64,000 nt of DNA from Scyliorhinus canicula. Lineage: Eukaryota. The stretch covers positions 41,097,729-41,161,728 of the forward strand of contig NC_052158.1 in the NCBI RefSeq assembly GCF_902713615.1, in the 5' to 3' direction. The notes beneath the pieces are model-generated. The model was given only the letters and a program-made list of their open reading frames with translations, was not told the origin of the DNA and did not search any database. This document shows positions 11,283 to 22,216 of this stretch, one piece after another; positions within the stretch are counted from its first letter, which is position 1; each line of letters starts with the position of its first letter. The position numbers were made by a program, and so were the translations under genes.

Positions 11283-12637
11283 ATAAATGGGGCATGAGGT
11301 ATGCGGGGCATAGGTACATGAGGCAATGAGGAGGAAGGGCATATCTTGTCCGACGAGGAGGATGCAGGCAAGGGGAACGATGAGCAGGACATGGGGCCCA
11401 GGCAGGCACAGGAGACCGCAAGATGCCATCGCCAGGACCGGTATGCACGAGATGCCCTCATCGCGACACGATTCACCAGCTAAGAGGGAGGGGGTGGTTA
11501 CTGGCTAGGGGCACGGGCACCACATCCCAGACCTACAGCCCCTCATCTCCTACGCCACCAAACTGCCCGCATGCACACCCCCTCCATGACATATACCTGT
11601 GGCGCAACGAACTGGGGACTCTGGGTTTGCAGTACAGCGGGTCTGGTCCATGGGATGGATGATGACAACCTGCTCTGCGATGAGCTCCGGTGCTCCACAT
11701 CGTGTGACAATGTCTGATTCATGCCCATAGTACCACCTTCCACTAGGGTGATCATTGCATGCGAGCTGGCCAAGCCATCACATGGTTGTGTCGGATCCCT
11801 GCGGTGGGGGTTTGGGGACGGCCGGTGCAGGGAGGTGGGGAGGACGTTCCACCCATGGGGCCTGCACTGGTCCAACTCCCCCCGGCCAGCACTGACCGGC
11901 CCACCCCCACACCCATCAGACAGAGCACCGAGGAAGGTTTCAACGATGTTAACTGTTGTTTATTGTGGAGAAATATATACAATCGCTACCCAAGCCTCTA
12001 CTGTACCCTACACCCATGCCAACTGAACTGGTGTCTAACTTTCGGGCCTTGCGGGCCCTAACACTATGCCTAGGTGGTTTCCCAGGCGGTACAGCAGGAG
12101 TGGAGGCAACCTGCTGTGACTCCTGCCCTGCAACATTAGTCCCCGTTGGCGCCCGTCTCCTGGGGCGGCCTGGCCTGGATGGGCCCAGCTGCTGCTTGGG
12201 TGTCCCGGGAGGTGTGGTGCCGGCCTGTTCTGCTTGCTTCCCACCAGATGCACCAGGGGAGTCCGCAGTTCTGCGGTGTTCTGGCACCTCCCCTGAGGGA
12301 GTCACTGGGACAGGCCCCATCACCACCTCCGGGGGTGCGAACGGAGCCATCCCCTGAGGCCTGCCAGTCCTGGAATTCACTCTGGTCTTGACCAGGATCT
12401 GTATGTTCATGGCCTGGGAGCACAAGGAGTGGACCATCTCCGTCTAGGACTGTGCCACACCACGCTGCAATTGTGCCACCCTGAGGGTCTGCCACATCAG
12501 CTAGTGACTGGGTCACCTCCCTCTGGGTCTGGCCCTCCTCCTTCTGGGACTGGAACACCTCCATCTGGGACTCGGACACCTCCCTCTGGGACTGGACCAT
12601 CTTCCTCTGTGTCTGTGCAACACTGGCCAGCGCCTGG

Positions 12638-13257
12638 TGTCATGTGAGAGAACTTTTAACAAATGGGCGTTTATAAATGGGTGTGTATATAAATATCTGT
12701 AGTGACAGTACCTTTAAGAAATGAGTGTTTATTACAGCAGTGATGTCAGAGAGTGGGTGGAGCTGGGCTGTCTGTCAGCTTTTTACTTTCATTTTAAGCT
12801 GTTTGCTGCAGGGTGTGTTTTAGTTTCGTTTTCAGAGCTGGATAGCTGCAGTCACAGCCAGAAGGTGTATTAGAGTCTCGTAACCTAAAGACTGTAAATC
12901 GATCCTGGTGATTTAAAACTAATAACAGGAGTGACTTTAACCTGATGTGCTTCTGGTAAAAGGTGTTTTAAAGTCTTATGGATGTTAAAAGGAAAGCTTA
13001 AAGGATACTTAGTGTTGGATTCTTTGGGGGTTGTATTTGAATTAATGGTTGCTAAGATGTTCACTGTATGTTTTAAAAAGGTTACCTTGAGTTCACAGAA
13101 TAAACATTGTTTTGCTTTAAAAAATATTTTTCCATTTCTGCTGTGCCACACCTGTAGAGTGGGCCGTGTGCTCCCCATACCACAATCTATTGAAAAGTTG
13201 TGGGTCAGGTGAACTCCATGATACACTTTGGGGTTCTCTAAACCCTGGGCCATAACA
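12638..13257 (+). mobile_element. Solo LTR inserted in the Harbinger Myb/SANT gene
   Basis: TGTCATG...CATAACA termini; 4-bp TSD CTGG on both sides; AATAAA at about 13098. Confidence 0.88.
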
Positions 13258-13597
13258 CTGGGCAATGCGCCGACATTCTCAGCCGTGACCTGCTATGACT
13301 GGGCCATGCTGAGGAGCGCCGCAGGAATTTCCAGATGTCTCAGGCACATGGCTGCCTGAGAGGGCAGCCATGTCCTGGGTATCGTCCCCGCTTGCACAGA
13401 ATGTCCCAGGCCCTGGACACTCTGACCCATGTCTGACACCGTCGCCCCCATTGCCTCCAACGCCGTCGCCACCCATGCGGTGTTGGCCTGAATGGCACGC
13501 ATGACCAGTACCATTAGCTGCTCCTGCACGCGGATAGACTCCTCCACCTGCGCCTGCAGGTGCTGTATGCCCTCCGTCATCCCCTCTTGTAGTCCCT

Positions 13598-14997
13598 GGG
13601 CGCGATTCTCCACTCCTCATGCTGGGTGGGAGAATCGCAGGAAGGCCGGGCGAATCACGACACGCCGCCGTGGCACCCCCCCTGATTCTCCCACCCCCCC
13701 CCCCCCCCAAAATGGTGTGGCGCGTTTTGCGACACGCTGCTCGGAGAATCGCTGCTAGCCATTTCTCACGGCGACTGGCCATTCTCTGGCCCGGATGGGC
13801 CGAGCGGCCTGACGAACCCGACCGATTTACGGCGGCGCCAACCACACCTGGTCGCAGTCGGCGTGAACATCACGCGACCGGTAAGTGTGGGGCCTGTGGG
13901 GGCGGAGGGAGGATTGAGCTCGACGGGCGTGCTCATCAGATGTCTGGCCCGCGAACGGTGCCCATCAATCATCGGGCCGGCGTCTGTAAACGACGCACTC
14001 TTTCCCCTCCACCGCCCCGCAAGATCAAGCCGCCATGTCTTGCGGGGCAGCGGAGGGGAAGACGGCAAACGCGCATGCGCGGGTGATGTCACTTCGGCGC
14101 CGCGGGCCGCATCATTCTCAGCGCGCTGCTTTGACGCAAGCGTCAAGCCCGGCGCCCGAGATTTGCGCACCGCCGCTCCTAGACCCCGGTGGGGGGGAGA
14201 ATAGGAGGCGAGGAGCGGAGTCGGACGCCGGAGTGAAACACTCCGGGCGCGATTCTCCCCAAAGGCGGCGGGTCGTGAAGGCTGCCACGAAAACGGCCGT
14301 GTTTCACGGCAGCCTCCGAGCCCCCGCCCGGGACCCGATTCTGCTCCCCGGTCGGGGCTAGCATCGCAGCCCCGTGAACTACGGCATTTCGTTAAGCCCG
14401 CGCGCCAAAGTTAGCGACGGCTGACGCGTATGATGACGTCAGCTGCGCATGCGCGGATTGGACGACTCCAACCCGCGCATGCGCGGATGACGTCATCACG
14501 CATATGCCATTATGCCCCTCAGAAGCCATCAGATCCATTGGGGTGGCGGAGTAAGAAAGAGTGCGCGGGGTAAGTACCCGCTGCCTGCGATCGGTGCCCA
14601 CCGATTGCGGGCCCATGGCACCCTTGGCACGGCCATGGTGCGGCCGTGAAAAATCGGTGCCATGGTTCCCCAGAACGGCACTTTACAGCCGTTTTTACGA
14701 ACGGTGAGAGCAGGTGTGTTTTTAGTTCGTAAAAACGGCCGTAAAGGCCTTGGAAATCGGCCCATCGCCCAGGGGAGAATCCCGATTCGTGTCGGGGGGT
14801 GGCCGTGGGGGTGGGGGGGGGGGGGGGGGGGGGCAGAATAGCGGGAGGGCGTCGGACCAGCGTGGCTGTAAAAATTTGCGCCGCACGCTATTCCCCCCCC
14901 CCCCCCCCCCCCCCCCGTCGTGAGTGCGGAGAATCGCGCCCTCCGGGTTTCACTCCGGCGTCGGCTGTTTCTCTCAGTTTTGGAGAATCGCGCGCCC
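13598..14997. mobile_element. Harbinger-type MITE containing a nested MITE (14245-14941)
   Basis: TIRs GGGCGCGATTCTCC / GGAGAATCGCGCGCCC. The inner element has the same TIRs and a 3-bp TSD TCC (14242-14244 and 14942-14944). Confidence 0.88.
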
Positions 14998-16789
14998 TGT
15001 CTCTGACTGTACCTGCACTGTAGCTGGGACTGGATGTTCCAGGAGCCCGGAACCCACCTGGGTGACAGCTGGTTCCTGGGGCTGATCTGCCCTCCGACCA
15101 TCCGGCTCCTTGGCTGCTCCTACCTCCACCTGCCGTACTGGATGTGGTGTGTGGTGCGCACCAGATAGTGTCCCAGCAGCATCTTCCCGAATGTCCCCAA
15201 CCGAGGTGACAGTCTCTGGGATGTTGGAGGGTGTTGGAGACAACAGTGACGGAAAGTCGGTGTTCTCCGACCCGAGCTCCGGGGTCTTAAGTCTCGAGCA
15301 GAGAGCTGGTGTTCGGGCTGCGCTCCTCGTCAGTGCTTCGACATTTGAGGGGCACCAGCCCTGGCACTGGCTGGGGAAGGGGGTCTCAGGATGGGCCAGC
15401 CCCATCTCAGACATGTCCTGGAAGACACAAGACGACATGTATGGTTAGAGAGCGGGCCGGAGGGGGGTTGCGGGGTTGAGGGAGGTACGGGCGAAGGGGG
15501 TATGGGCTGAGGAGGGTGAGGAGTTAGGGGGAGTGGTGTCCAGTCACGTGTCATGGGGATCTCACATGCTCGCCCGCTACCGACCTCCGCATCGGTGACC
15601 TTCCTTTCCTCCAGGCCTCCGACCACGTTCAGTGCCCTCTGCTCGGGCATGATGAGGAGCCACAGGTTTGGTGGTCTCCTTCCAGTCTTCTCCGGCTCCC
15701 GGCGGTGTGCGCGGCCTTCTCCTTGGGGTGGGGGGGGGAGGGGGGGGGGGGGGGGGGGGGGGAGGTGAGGAGGGGGGGGGGGGAGAGGAAACACAAACAA
15801 CGACACTGTTAAACGTTCCGACGCATGCAGCCAAGAGACACGTGACTGGATACCACTCCCCCTCACTCCTCAACCTCCTCAGCCCAGAGATTGGGTAGAT
15901 GATAGCATCAGTGGCCAGGGCACCCTGATATGTGTGCTGGCATATGGGGGTGAGGCTGTACTCCGCGGGGGTGGGGGGGGGAGGCGGGTTGTGCGTGTGG
16001 GAGGGGGGGGTTAGTGCCAGGGACACCATACTGTCTACTCACCCTGGCCGCCCTGAGGAGTTTCTTCTGGCACTGCATGCCAATCCGGACGACTTTGCCC
16101 ACCCCGCTGACCGCGTCTGCCACCTGCGCCCAAGCATGGCGAACAGTGGCGGCTGGGGGCCTATCTCCCAGGCCAGGGATGATCATCCTTCTCTCCTACA
16201 CGGCGTCATGGAGGGTTTCCAGCTCAGCGTCCCTGAACCGTGGCGCTGCTCTCCTGCAGCCATCTTGTTGGCTGGGGGGAAGGACCGTTTAAGTGTGGCT
16301 GCGGAATGTGAGCCTCATGTGTGCCAATCATGGACCCAGCGGATCCGTCACCGTTTTGCATGGAACCGGTTGAATTCCATGTGGCGATGGTGCTAGCGCA
16401 TTCAGAGTTGCTGAATCGGTGCAGCTGTTGCGCCGTTTTTCATGTCATAAAACACCACTGTTCCCACGCCGGCGTCAGCACTAAGTCTTGGAAACTGAGA
16501 ATCCAGCCCCCGATTAGAGAAAAACATAGTACAAGTAATAAAGATGTCAATCAAACGAAGCTTGCACTTCCCTGTAAGCTGAGTCAACAGGTCCCTGTGG
16601 AACTAAGCGTTCATTATTCTTGGAGTTAAGCCAGGTTTTTGTAATGAGACCATCTGGAAAATAGATATCTACCATCTTCTGTTTCTGAAGGACACAACCT
16701 GAAACATTAATTCTGTTTCTTTCCACAAATGCTGCTAAAACTGCTGAGCATTTCCAACGTTTTCTGTTTCAGATTTCCAGCACCGAGAA

Positions 16790-19050
16790 AAGTTTCAGCT
16801 CAAAAGGAGGCCATTCTGTCCATCTTGTCCATGTCAGCCTGAGGACACCCAGATGCCCTTTCTAATCCCATCTTCCTGCACCCGGTCCATTGTCCTATAG
16901 CCACAGCACTTAAGGTGCAAGTCCAGGTACATTTTTAAAGAGTTTAGGGTCTCTGCCTCCAGCACCAACTTAGGCAGGGAATTCCAGACTGCCACCACCC
17001 TCTACTTAAAAAAGTTCTTCCTCGTGTCCCCTCTACACCTTCTGCCACTTATCTTGAATCTATATCCCCTGGTTCTAGAATTCTCCACCAAGGGAAACAA
17101 TTTCATCCTCTCCACTCTATCTCTTCCCCTCATAATTTTGCACACCTCAATTAAGTGTTCCAAGGAAAATAACCACAAATATCAATCTCTCCGCATAACT
17201 ACACTTTTCTAGCCCTGGCAGCTTTCTTGTAAACCTCTTCTGCACTCTCTCCAGAGCAATTAAATCCTTCCTGTGATGTGGTGACCAGGGCCGGGATTCT
17301 CCCCTACCCGGCGGGGCGGGGGTCCTGGCGGGATGGAGTGGCGTGAACGACTCCTGTGTCATGCCGCCCCAAAGGTGCAGATTTCTCCGCACCTTTGGAG
17401 TGGTTGGCGCCCCGCCAGCTGGCGAGAAAGGCCTTTGGCGCCACACCAGCCGGCACTGAAGGGACTTCGCCGGCCGGTGGAAGTCCGCCCCTGTACTGGA
17501 CCGTTCGCGGCTGCTGACGTCATCCCCGCACATGCACAGCGGAGGGGGTCACTTCCGCGTCCGCCAACGTGAAGACTATGGCCAACGCGGAAGGAAAAGA
17601 GTGCCCTCACGGCACAGGCCCGCCCGCCGATCGGTGGGCCCCGATCACAGGCCAGGCCACCGTGGGGGCAGCCCCCAGGGCCAGATCGCCCCGCGTCCTC
17701 CGAGGACCCCGGAGCCTGCCCGCGCCACCTGGTCCCGCCGGTAAGATAGTTGGTTTGATTCCCGCCGGCGTGACAGCTGCGGGACTTCGGCCCATCGTGG
17801 ACCCGAGTATCGGCGGGGGTGACCCGCCGACAGGCGCGGCGCGATTCCCGCCCCCGCCGAATCTCTGGTGCCGGAGACTTCGGGAGACGGCGGGGGCGGG
17901 ATTCACGCCGCCGCCCCCCCCCCCCCCCCCGGCGATTCTCCAATCGGAGAATCCGTCCCCAGAACTGCACACAATACTCCAGTTATGGCCTCACCAGTGT
18001 TTTATTAAATTCCAACATTATGGACGGGATTCTCCCAACGGGAGACTAAGTGCCGACGCCGGAGTGAAAAGCTGAGTGTTTCACTCCGGCGTCGGAGACC
18101 GCTCCTCGCCCCCTATTCTACGCCCCCCCCTCCCCGGGGGGGAGGGGGGGGGGGCTAGGAGCGGCGCCGCGTCTTTTACGTGCACATGGCGTCAACCGCG
18201 CATGTGCAGGTTGGCCGGCGCTAACCCACACATGCGTGGTTTCCGTCCTCCCCGCGGGCGCACCGCAAGACATGGAAGAGTGATCTTGCAGGGCTGCGGA
18301 GTAAAAGAGTGCGTCCTTCAGAGACACCAGCCCCCCATGGGCACCGATCGTGGGCCAGACTCCTTCTGAGACCCCCCCGTGCTCTATCCTCCCTCCTCCC
18401 CACAGGCCGCCATGCAGCGTTCGCACGCTGTTCACGTCGGCAGCGACCAGGTGTAGTTGGCGCCGGCGTGAACCCGTCATATTGGGCAGGCCGCTCGGCC
18501 CATCCGGGCCGGAGAATCGGCGCTCGCCCGTTACAAACGGCGATTCTCCGAGCGGCCTGTCGTAAATCTCGGCGCGCCATTTTGGGTGGGGTGGGAGAAT
18601 CGCGTGCGGGTGACGGGGCAGCGTTGTCGGACTCGCCCGGCCCCCCCACGATTCTCCCACCTGGCGTGGGGGGCGGAGAATTGCGCCCTATATCCTTACT
18701 TTTTTAATCTATACCTCTGAAAGTGGAGGAGAGCATTCCATATGCTTTCTTTACAACCTTGTTCACTTGAACTGTTGCCTTTAGGGATCTGTGTACTTGT
18801 ATGCCAAGATCTCACTTCATCTACCCCTCATAGTACATTTCCATTTTGTACTCACTATAACTGTTTGACCTCCTTAAATGCATGACCTCACACTTCTCTC
18901 TGTTAAATTCCACCTGCCATTTTTTTCGTCCAATCCACCAACCCACATATATCATTTTGTAAATTATAGCTATCCTCTACACTGGCCACTTTGGCCAACC
19001 TTTGTGTCGTCTGAAAATTTCCCAATCATGCCCCTCACATTCACGTCCAA
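16790..19050 (-). mobile_element. Degenerate CR1 3' fragment split by two Harbinger MITEs (17289-17957 and 18021-18688)
   Basis: CR1 sequence (GGTGACCAG|AACTGCACAC) resumes across the MITEs. TSDs CAG and TAT; GGxCGGGATTCTCC-type TIRs. Confidence 0.8.
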
Positions 19051-19068
19051 ATTGTTTTTTGTGTTGTT

Positions 19069-20004
19069 TGTTGCTCGTTCTGGGTGAGTGTGCTTAACAC
19101 TCAATTTGGCTCTGTTTTGTTACTTAGCTTTGGAGTCGCCAGGTATCGTTAAGATACCGCCACAAGTTTCAAGGTCAAGCTCAAAGCAATAAAACCATAC
19201 ACCAATTAATAAGTTCAAACAAGACACGTTTATTATATTACAGTAATCTACTAATCATGCATATAAAACTATAAGACTAGGCTAATCCTACCACTAATAG
19301 GCCAAATACTTATCTGGACAAGGGGACTGCCAGATCAGGGAACAACGGCTTCTAGCTTTGTCCTGGGTCCACAGACTTCCAGTAGTTATGGTCTAAAGGG
19401 GTCAGGAGTGTCTATTCCCGTAGCGTGCATTGTGACACTTACTTGTTGGCAGCTGCTGTCCAGACCTCTTCTCCACAAGGTTCTTCTGCTGCAGTGGTGT
19501 TCTGCTGGGAGGGCTAGCTGGTCAAGGAGAGGCTGGCAGAGAGAGCGAGCTGGGGTCGGGTCTCTGTTTTATACTCCTCTCGGGGTCTTGCGCCCACCTG
19601 GGCGGACCCTCTATACTCTCGCAATCGATTGGGTCTCTTCCCAATCGATTGATTTGAATTCCCCAATAACGGGACAGTATCTCGATCACTGGGGGGGGGG
19701 TTCTTGGGACTCATTGTTTTGGGCTTCTTTGGCGCTGAAAAGTCTGGCCTTCCATTGAATGTATCGATTAGTGTTAACTTGTTTCTTTTGTGCCTGGGGA
19801 TCGCCCGGTATCGCCTCATTAATATGCTAACTGTTTCTTTTCATAGTGCTGTCTGGTTTCTGCAACAGCCAAACTGGTTTCTGCAGCAGTCCAAATATAC
19901 AAGCGCTCTGCAGGCTGCTTGCTTTTTACAACATGTCCATTTTCCCTGCATTCCTTGCAATCTTCCATTTTGTGTTTGGGCAGTGGTCACCCCAGGTGGC
20001 TACA
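19069..20004. mobile_element. Solo LTR (same family as 33817-34750)
   Basis: TGTTGCTCGTTCTGGG...GGTGGCTACA termini shared with the second copy. Confidence 0.85.
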
Positions 20005-20170
20005 TGTATTATTAGCCTTTGTCAGACTGCTAATACGTGTAAGATCCTGTAGTATTTTTTAACATGCTGCTCATGTGTAAAGTTTGCCAGCAGCTGACAT
20101 GTGAGATTCATCAATTCCACTGTCCCCTGAGAACAACGACAATGACACAAACAGAATAAATCAGAACTGG

Positions 20171-20392
20171 AAGGCGGCACGGTGTTGCAGTGGTTAGCAC
20201 TGTTGCCTCACGTCACCGAGGTCCCAGGTTCGATCCCGGCCCTGGGTCACTGTCGGTGTGGAGTTTTCATTCTCCCCGTGTTTGCATGGGTTTCGCTCCC
20301 ACAATCCGAAGATGTGCAGGGTAGGTGGATTGGCCACGCTAAATTGCCCCTTAATTGGAAAAAAATCATTTAAAAAAAATAAAATTAAAAAA
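20171..20392 (+). mobile_element. HE1-like SINE with A-rich tail, about 65 bp upstream of the TM exon
   Basis: A/B box head; 13-bp TSD AAATCAGAACTGG (20158-20170 and 20393-20405). Confidence 0.92.
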
Positions 20393-20458
20393 AAATCAGA
20401 ACTGGGAATGAATCCGGGAACAGAAAGACAATCCTGACATTATTCTAATGTGTTTCAG

Positions 20459-20578
20459 AAATCCCGGGAAACAGATCGGGACAATTGCATACTGGACTTA
20501 TAACAGGATTAATGCTCAATGCACTTGCTGTTATATTTGGGATAATCGGAATAATCATCTGGAAAAAACAACGGAGAG
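20459..20578 (+). CDS. MHC class I-like connecting peptide and transmembrane exon
   Basis: TGTTTCAG acceptor and GTAAG donor at 20579. 120 bp, phase 1-1. In frame with alpha3 it reads EIPGNRSGQLHTGLITGLMLNALAVIFGIIGIIIWKKQRR, a hydrophobic span plus basic stop-transfer. The sequence is non-repetitive. Confidence 0.87.
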
Positions 20579-21169
20579 GTAAGAATCCAAGAGATAAGAA
20601 TGTGGAACTCGGGGGACAGAGCAAGTGTGGGGGAATCTCCAGTACTGGGAGTACAGGACTGAGTCCAAAGATATGCGGGTTAGGTGGATTGGCCATGCTA
20701 AATTTCCCTTACTGTCCCAAAAATTTTAAGTGCCGGGAGGGGGCATTTGAGAGTCAACCAGATTGTTGTGAGTCAGGAGTCACATGTAGGCCAAACCAGG
20801 TATGGGCGACATATTTCTTTCCTTAAAGGACATTAGTGAACCAGATGGTTTTTTTATGACAATGCTTTTGCAGTCATCATTAGACTTTTAATTCCAGATT
20901 TTTAGTCACATTTCACCATCTGCTGTGGTGGGATTCAAACCAGGAACCCAGACCATTACCCTGGGCCTCTGGATTATTACTCCAGTGGCCACTGCCTCTC
21001 CTATAGTGATGTTTTATCATGCTGTAACCTCCTTAATAATGCATTCCTGCACTTTCCCTATGACAGATGTTTGGCTTCTCATCTCTTGCTTTCTACCTCC
21101 CTCCTTTCTTGAATAAATATGTTACATCAACTATTTTCCAATCTCCTGGGATTGTTCCAGAAAACAAGG

Positions 21170-21782
21170 GGTGGGATTCTCCGAGCCCGCACTGGGTCAG
21201 AGAATCACCGGGGGCGTGGGAAATTCCTGCCATGCCACTCTGACGCCGGGACGCGATTCACCAGCGACAGGAGAATCGGCAGCAATCGCGCCCACCGGCC
21301 GGGGGTCGATGAAATAGGCCCTCACGGCGATTCTTTGCAGGCGACGAGCCGAACTCCCACCAAGTTCCACCAAGTCCCGCCGGTGTGGTTCCAACCTGGT
21401 ACCACCTGGGAGCTCAGATCCGCGGCTGCAGTGGACATCCTGTTTTGGGGGGGGGGGATATGACTTCAGGGGGTCTCCGCAGGGTCCAGGTCCCCGATCG
21501 GGGACTTCCGATTGGTGGGCGGCCGCGATCTGAACGGGGCCTACCTCCCACCGCATTGCCAGCTGTAAGGTCCCCACCATGTTGCTCCACGCCGGCGCGG
21601 AGACAGCAACCACGCACATGCGCCGGCCGTGCAGGGCTGCCTTTCAGCGCCGGAGCAGCGCGCAGCACTCCAGCGCCGTGCTAGCCCCCTGTGACCGATA
21701 AATTGCTGGGCGAGGAGGCCCATTGACACCGGCGTACACCACTCCGGTGTTTACGCCGTCGTCAATATTTGAAATCCCAGCC
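21170..21782. mobile_element. Harbinger-type MITE
   Basis: GGGTGGGATTCTCC ... GAAATCCCAGCC ends, probable TSD AAG; shares internal motifs with the other MITEs. Confidence 0.7.
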
Positions 21783-22216
21783 AAGGACTTTTGGAAGATT
21801 ATAATTAATGCATTTACTCTCTATGCTAACACTTTTTTAAGTTACAGAGATATGTAGCAAAGCAAATTGTAAGCAGGATACAGAGAGTCTGCAAAGGGAT
21901 AGAGATAGGTTAAGTCAATGGGCACTGGGTGAGATGGTAGCGTACTGGTAATATCACAGGACTAGAAGCTGGAGACGCAGGGTAACACTGGTGACCTGGG
22001 TTCAAATACCAACGTGGCAGATGATGAAATTTGAATTCAGTAAAAAAAATCTGGAATTATAAGTCTAGCAATGAAACCACTGTCGATTGTTGTCAAAACC
22101 CATCTGGCTCACTGATGACCTTTAGGGAAAGAAATCTGCCATCCTTATCTGGTCTGGCTTACATGTGACTCCAGATCCACAGCAACATGTTTGGCTCTTA
22201 AATTGAATACCCTCTG

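Larger units (their letters stand above)
9640..16509. mobile_element. Decayed two-gene PIF/Harbinger DNA transposon (transposase on +, Myb/SANT gene on -) with nested insertions
   Basis: DDE nuclease fragments at about 9950-11460 (NIQLVCD, YPGSVHDSFIL, LGDR, GILKMRFRCL, VACCILHN). Convergent Myb/SANT-like exon at about 16037-16263 (AWAQVADAVS...QCQKKL). Right TIR GAGAATCCAGCCC at about 16497-16509; no left TIR found. Confidence 0.85.

Noticed and set aside
13279-18707. Many overlapping 100-200-aa Pro/Gly/Arg-rich ORFs
   Set aside because: They arise from stop-poor GC-rich MITE and Harbinger sequence and show no protein-family motifs.
20171-20260. tRNA-like sequences (here and at other SINE heads)
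   Set aside because: They are A/B-box heads of tRNA-derived SINEs with TSDs and LINE-like tails, not tRNA genes.
21050-21112. Possible small cytoplasmic exon after CCTATGACAG (21066)
   Set aside because: The frame runs to a stop with no convincing donor and is pyrimidine-rich intron-like sequence; the 24666 and 24961 exons fit better.
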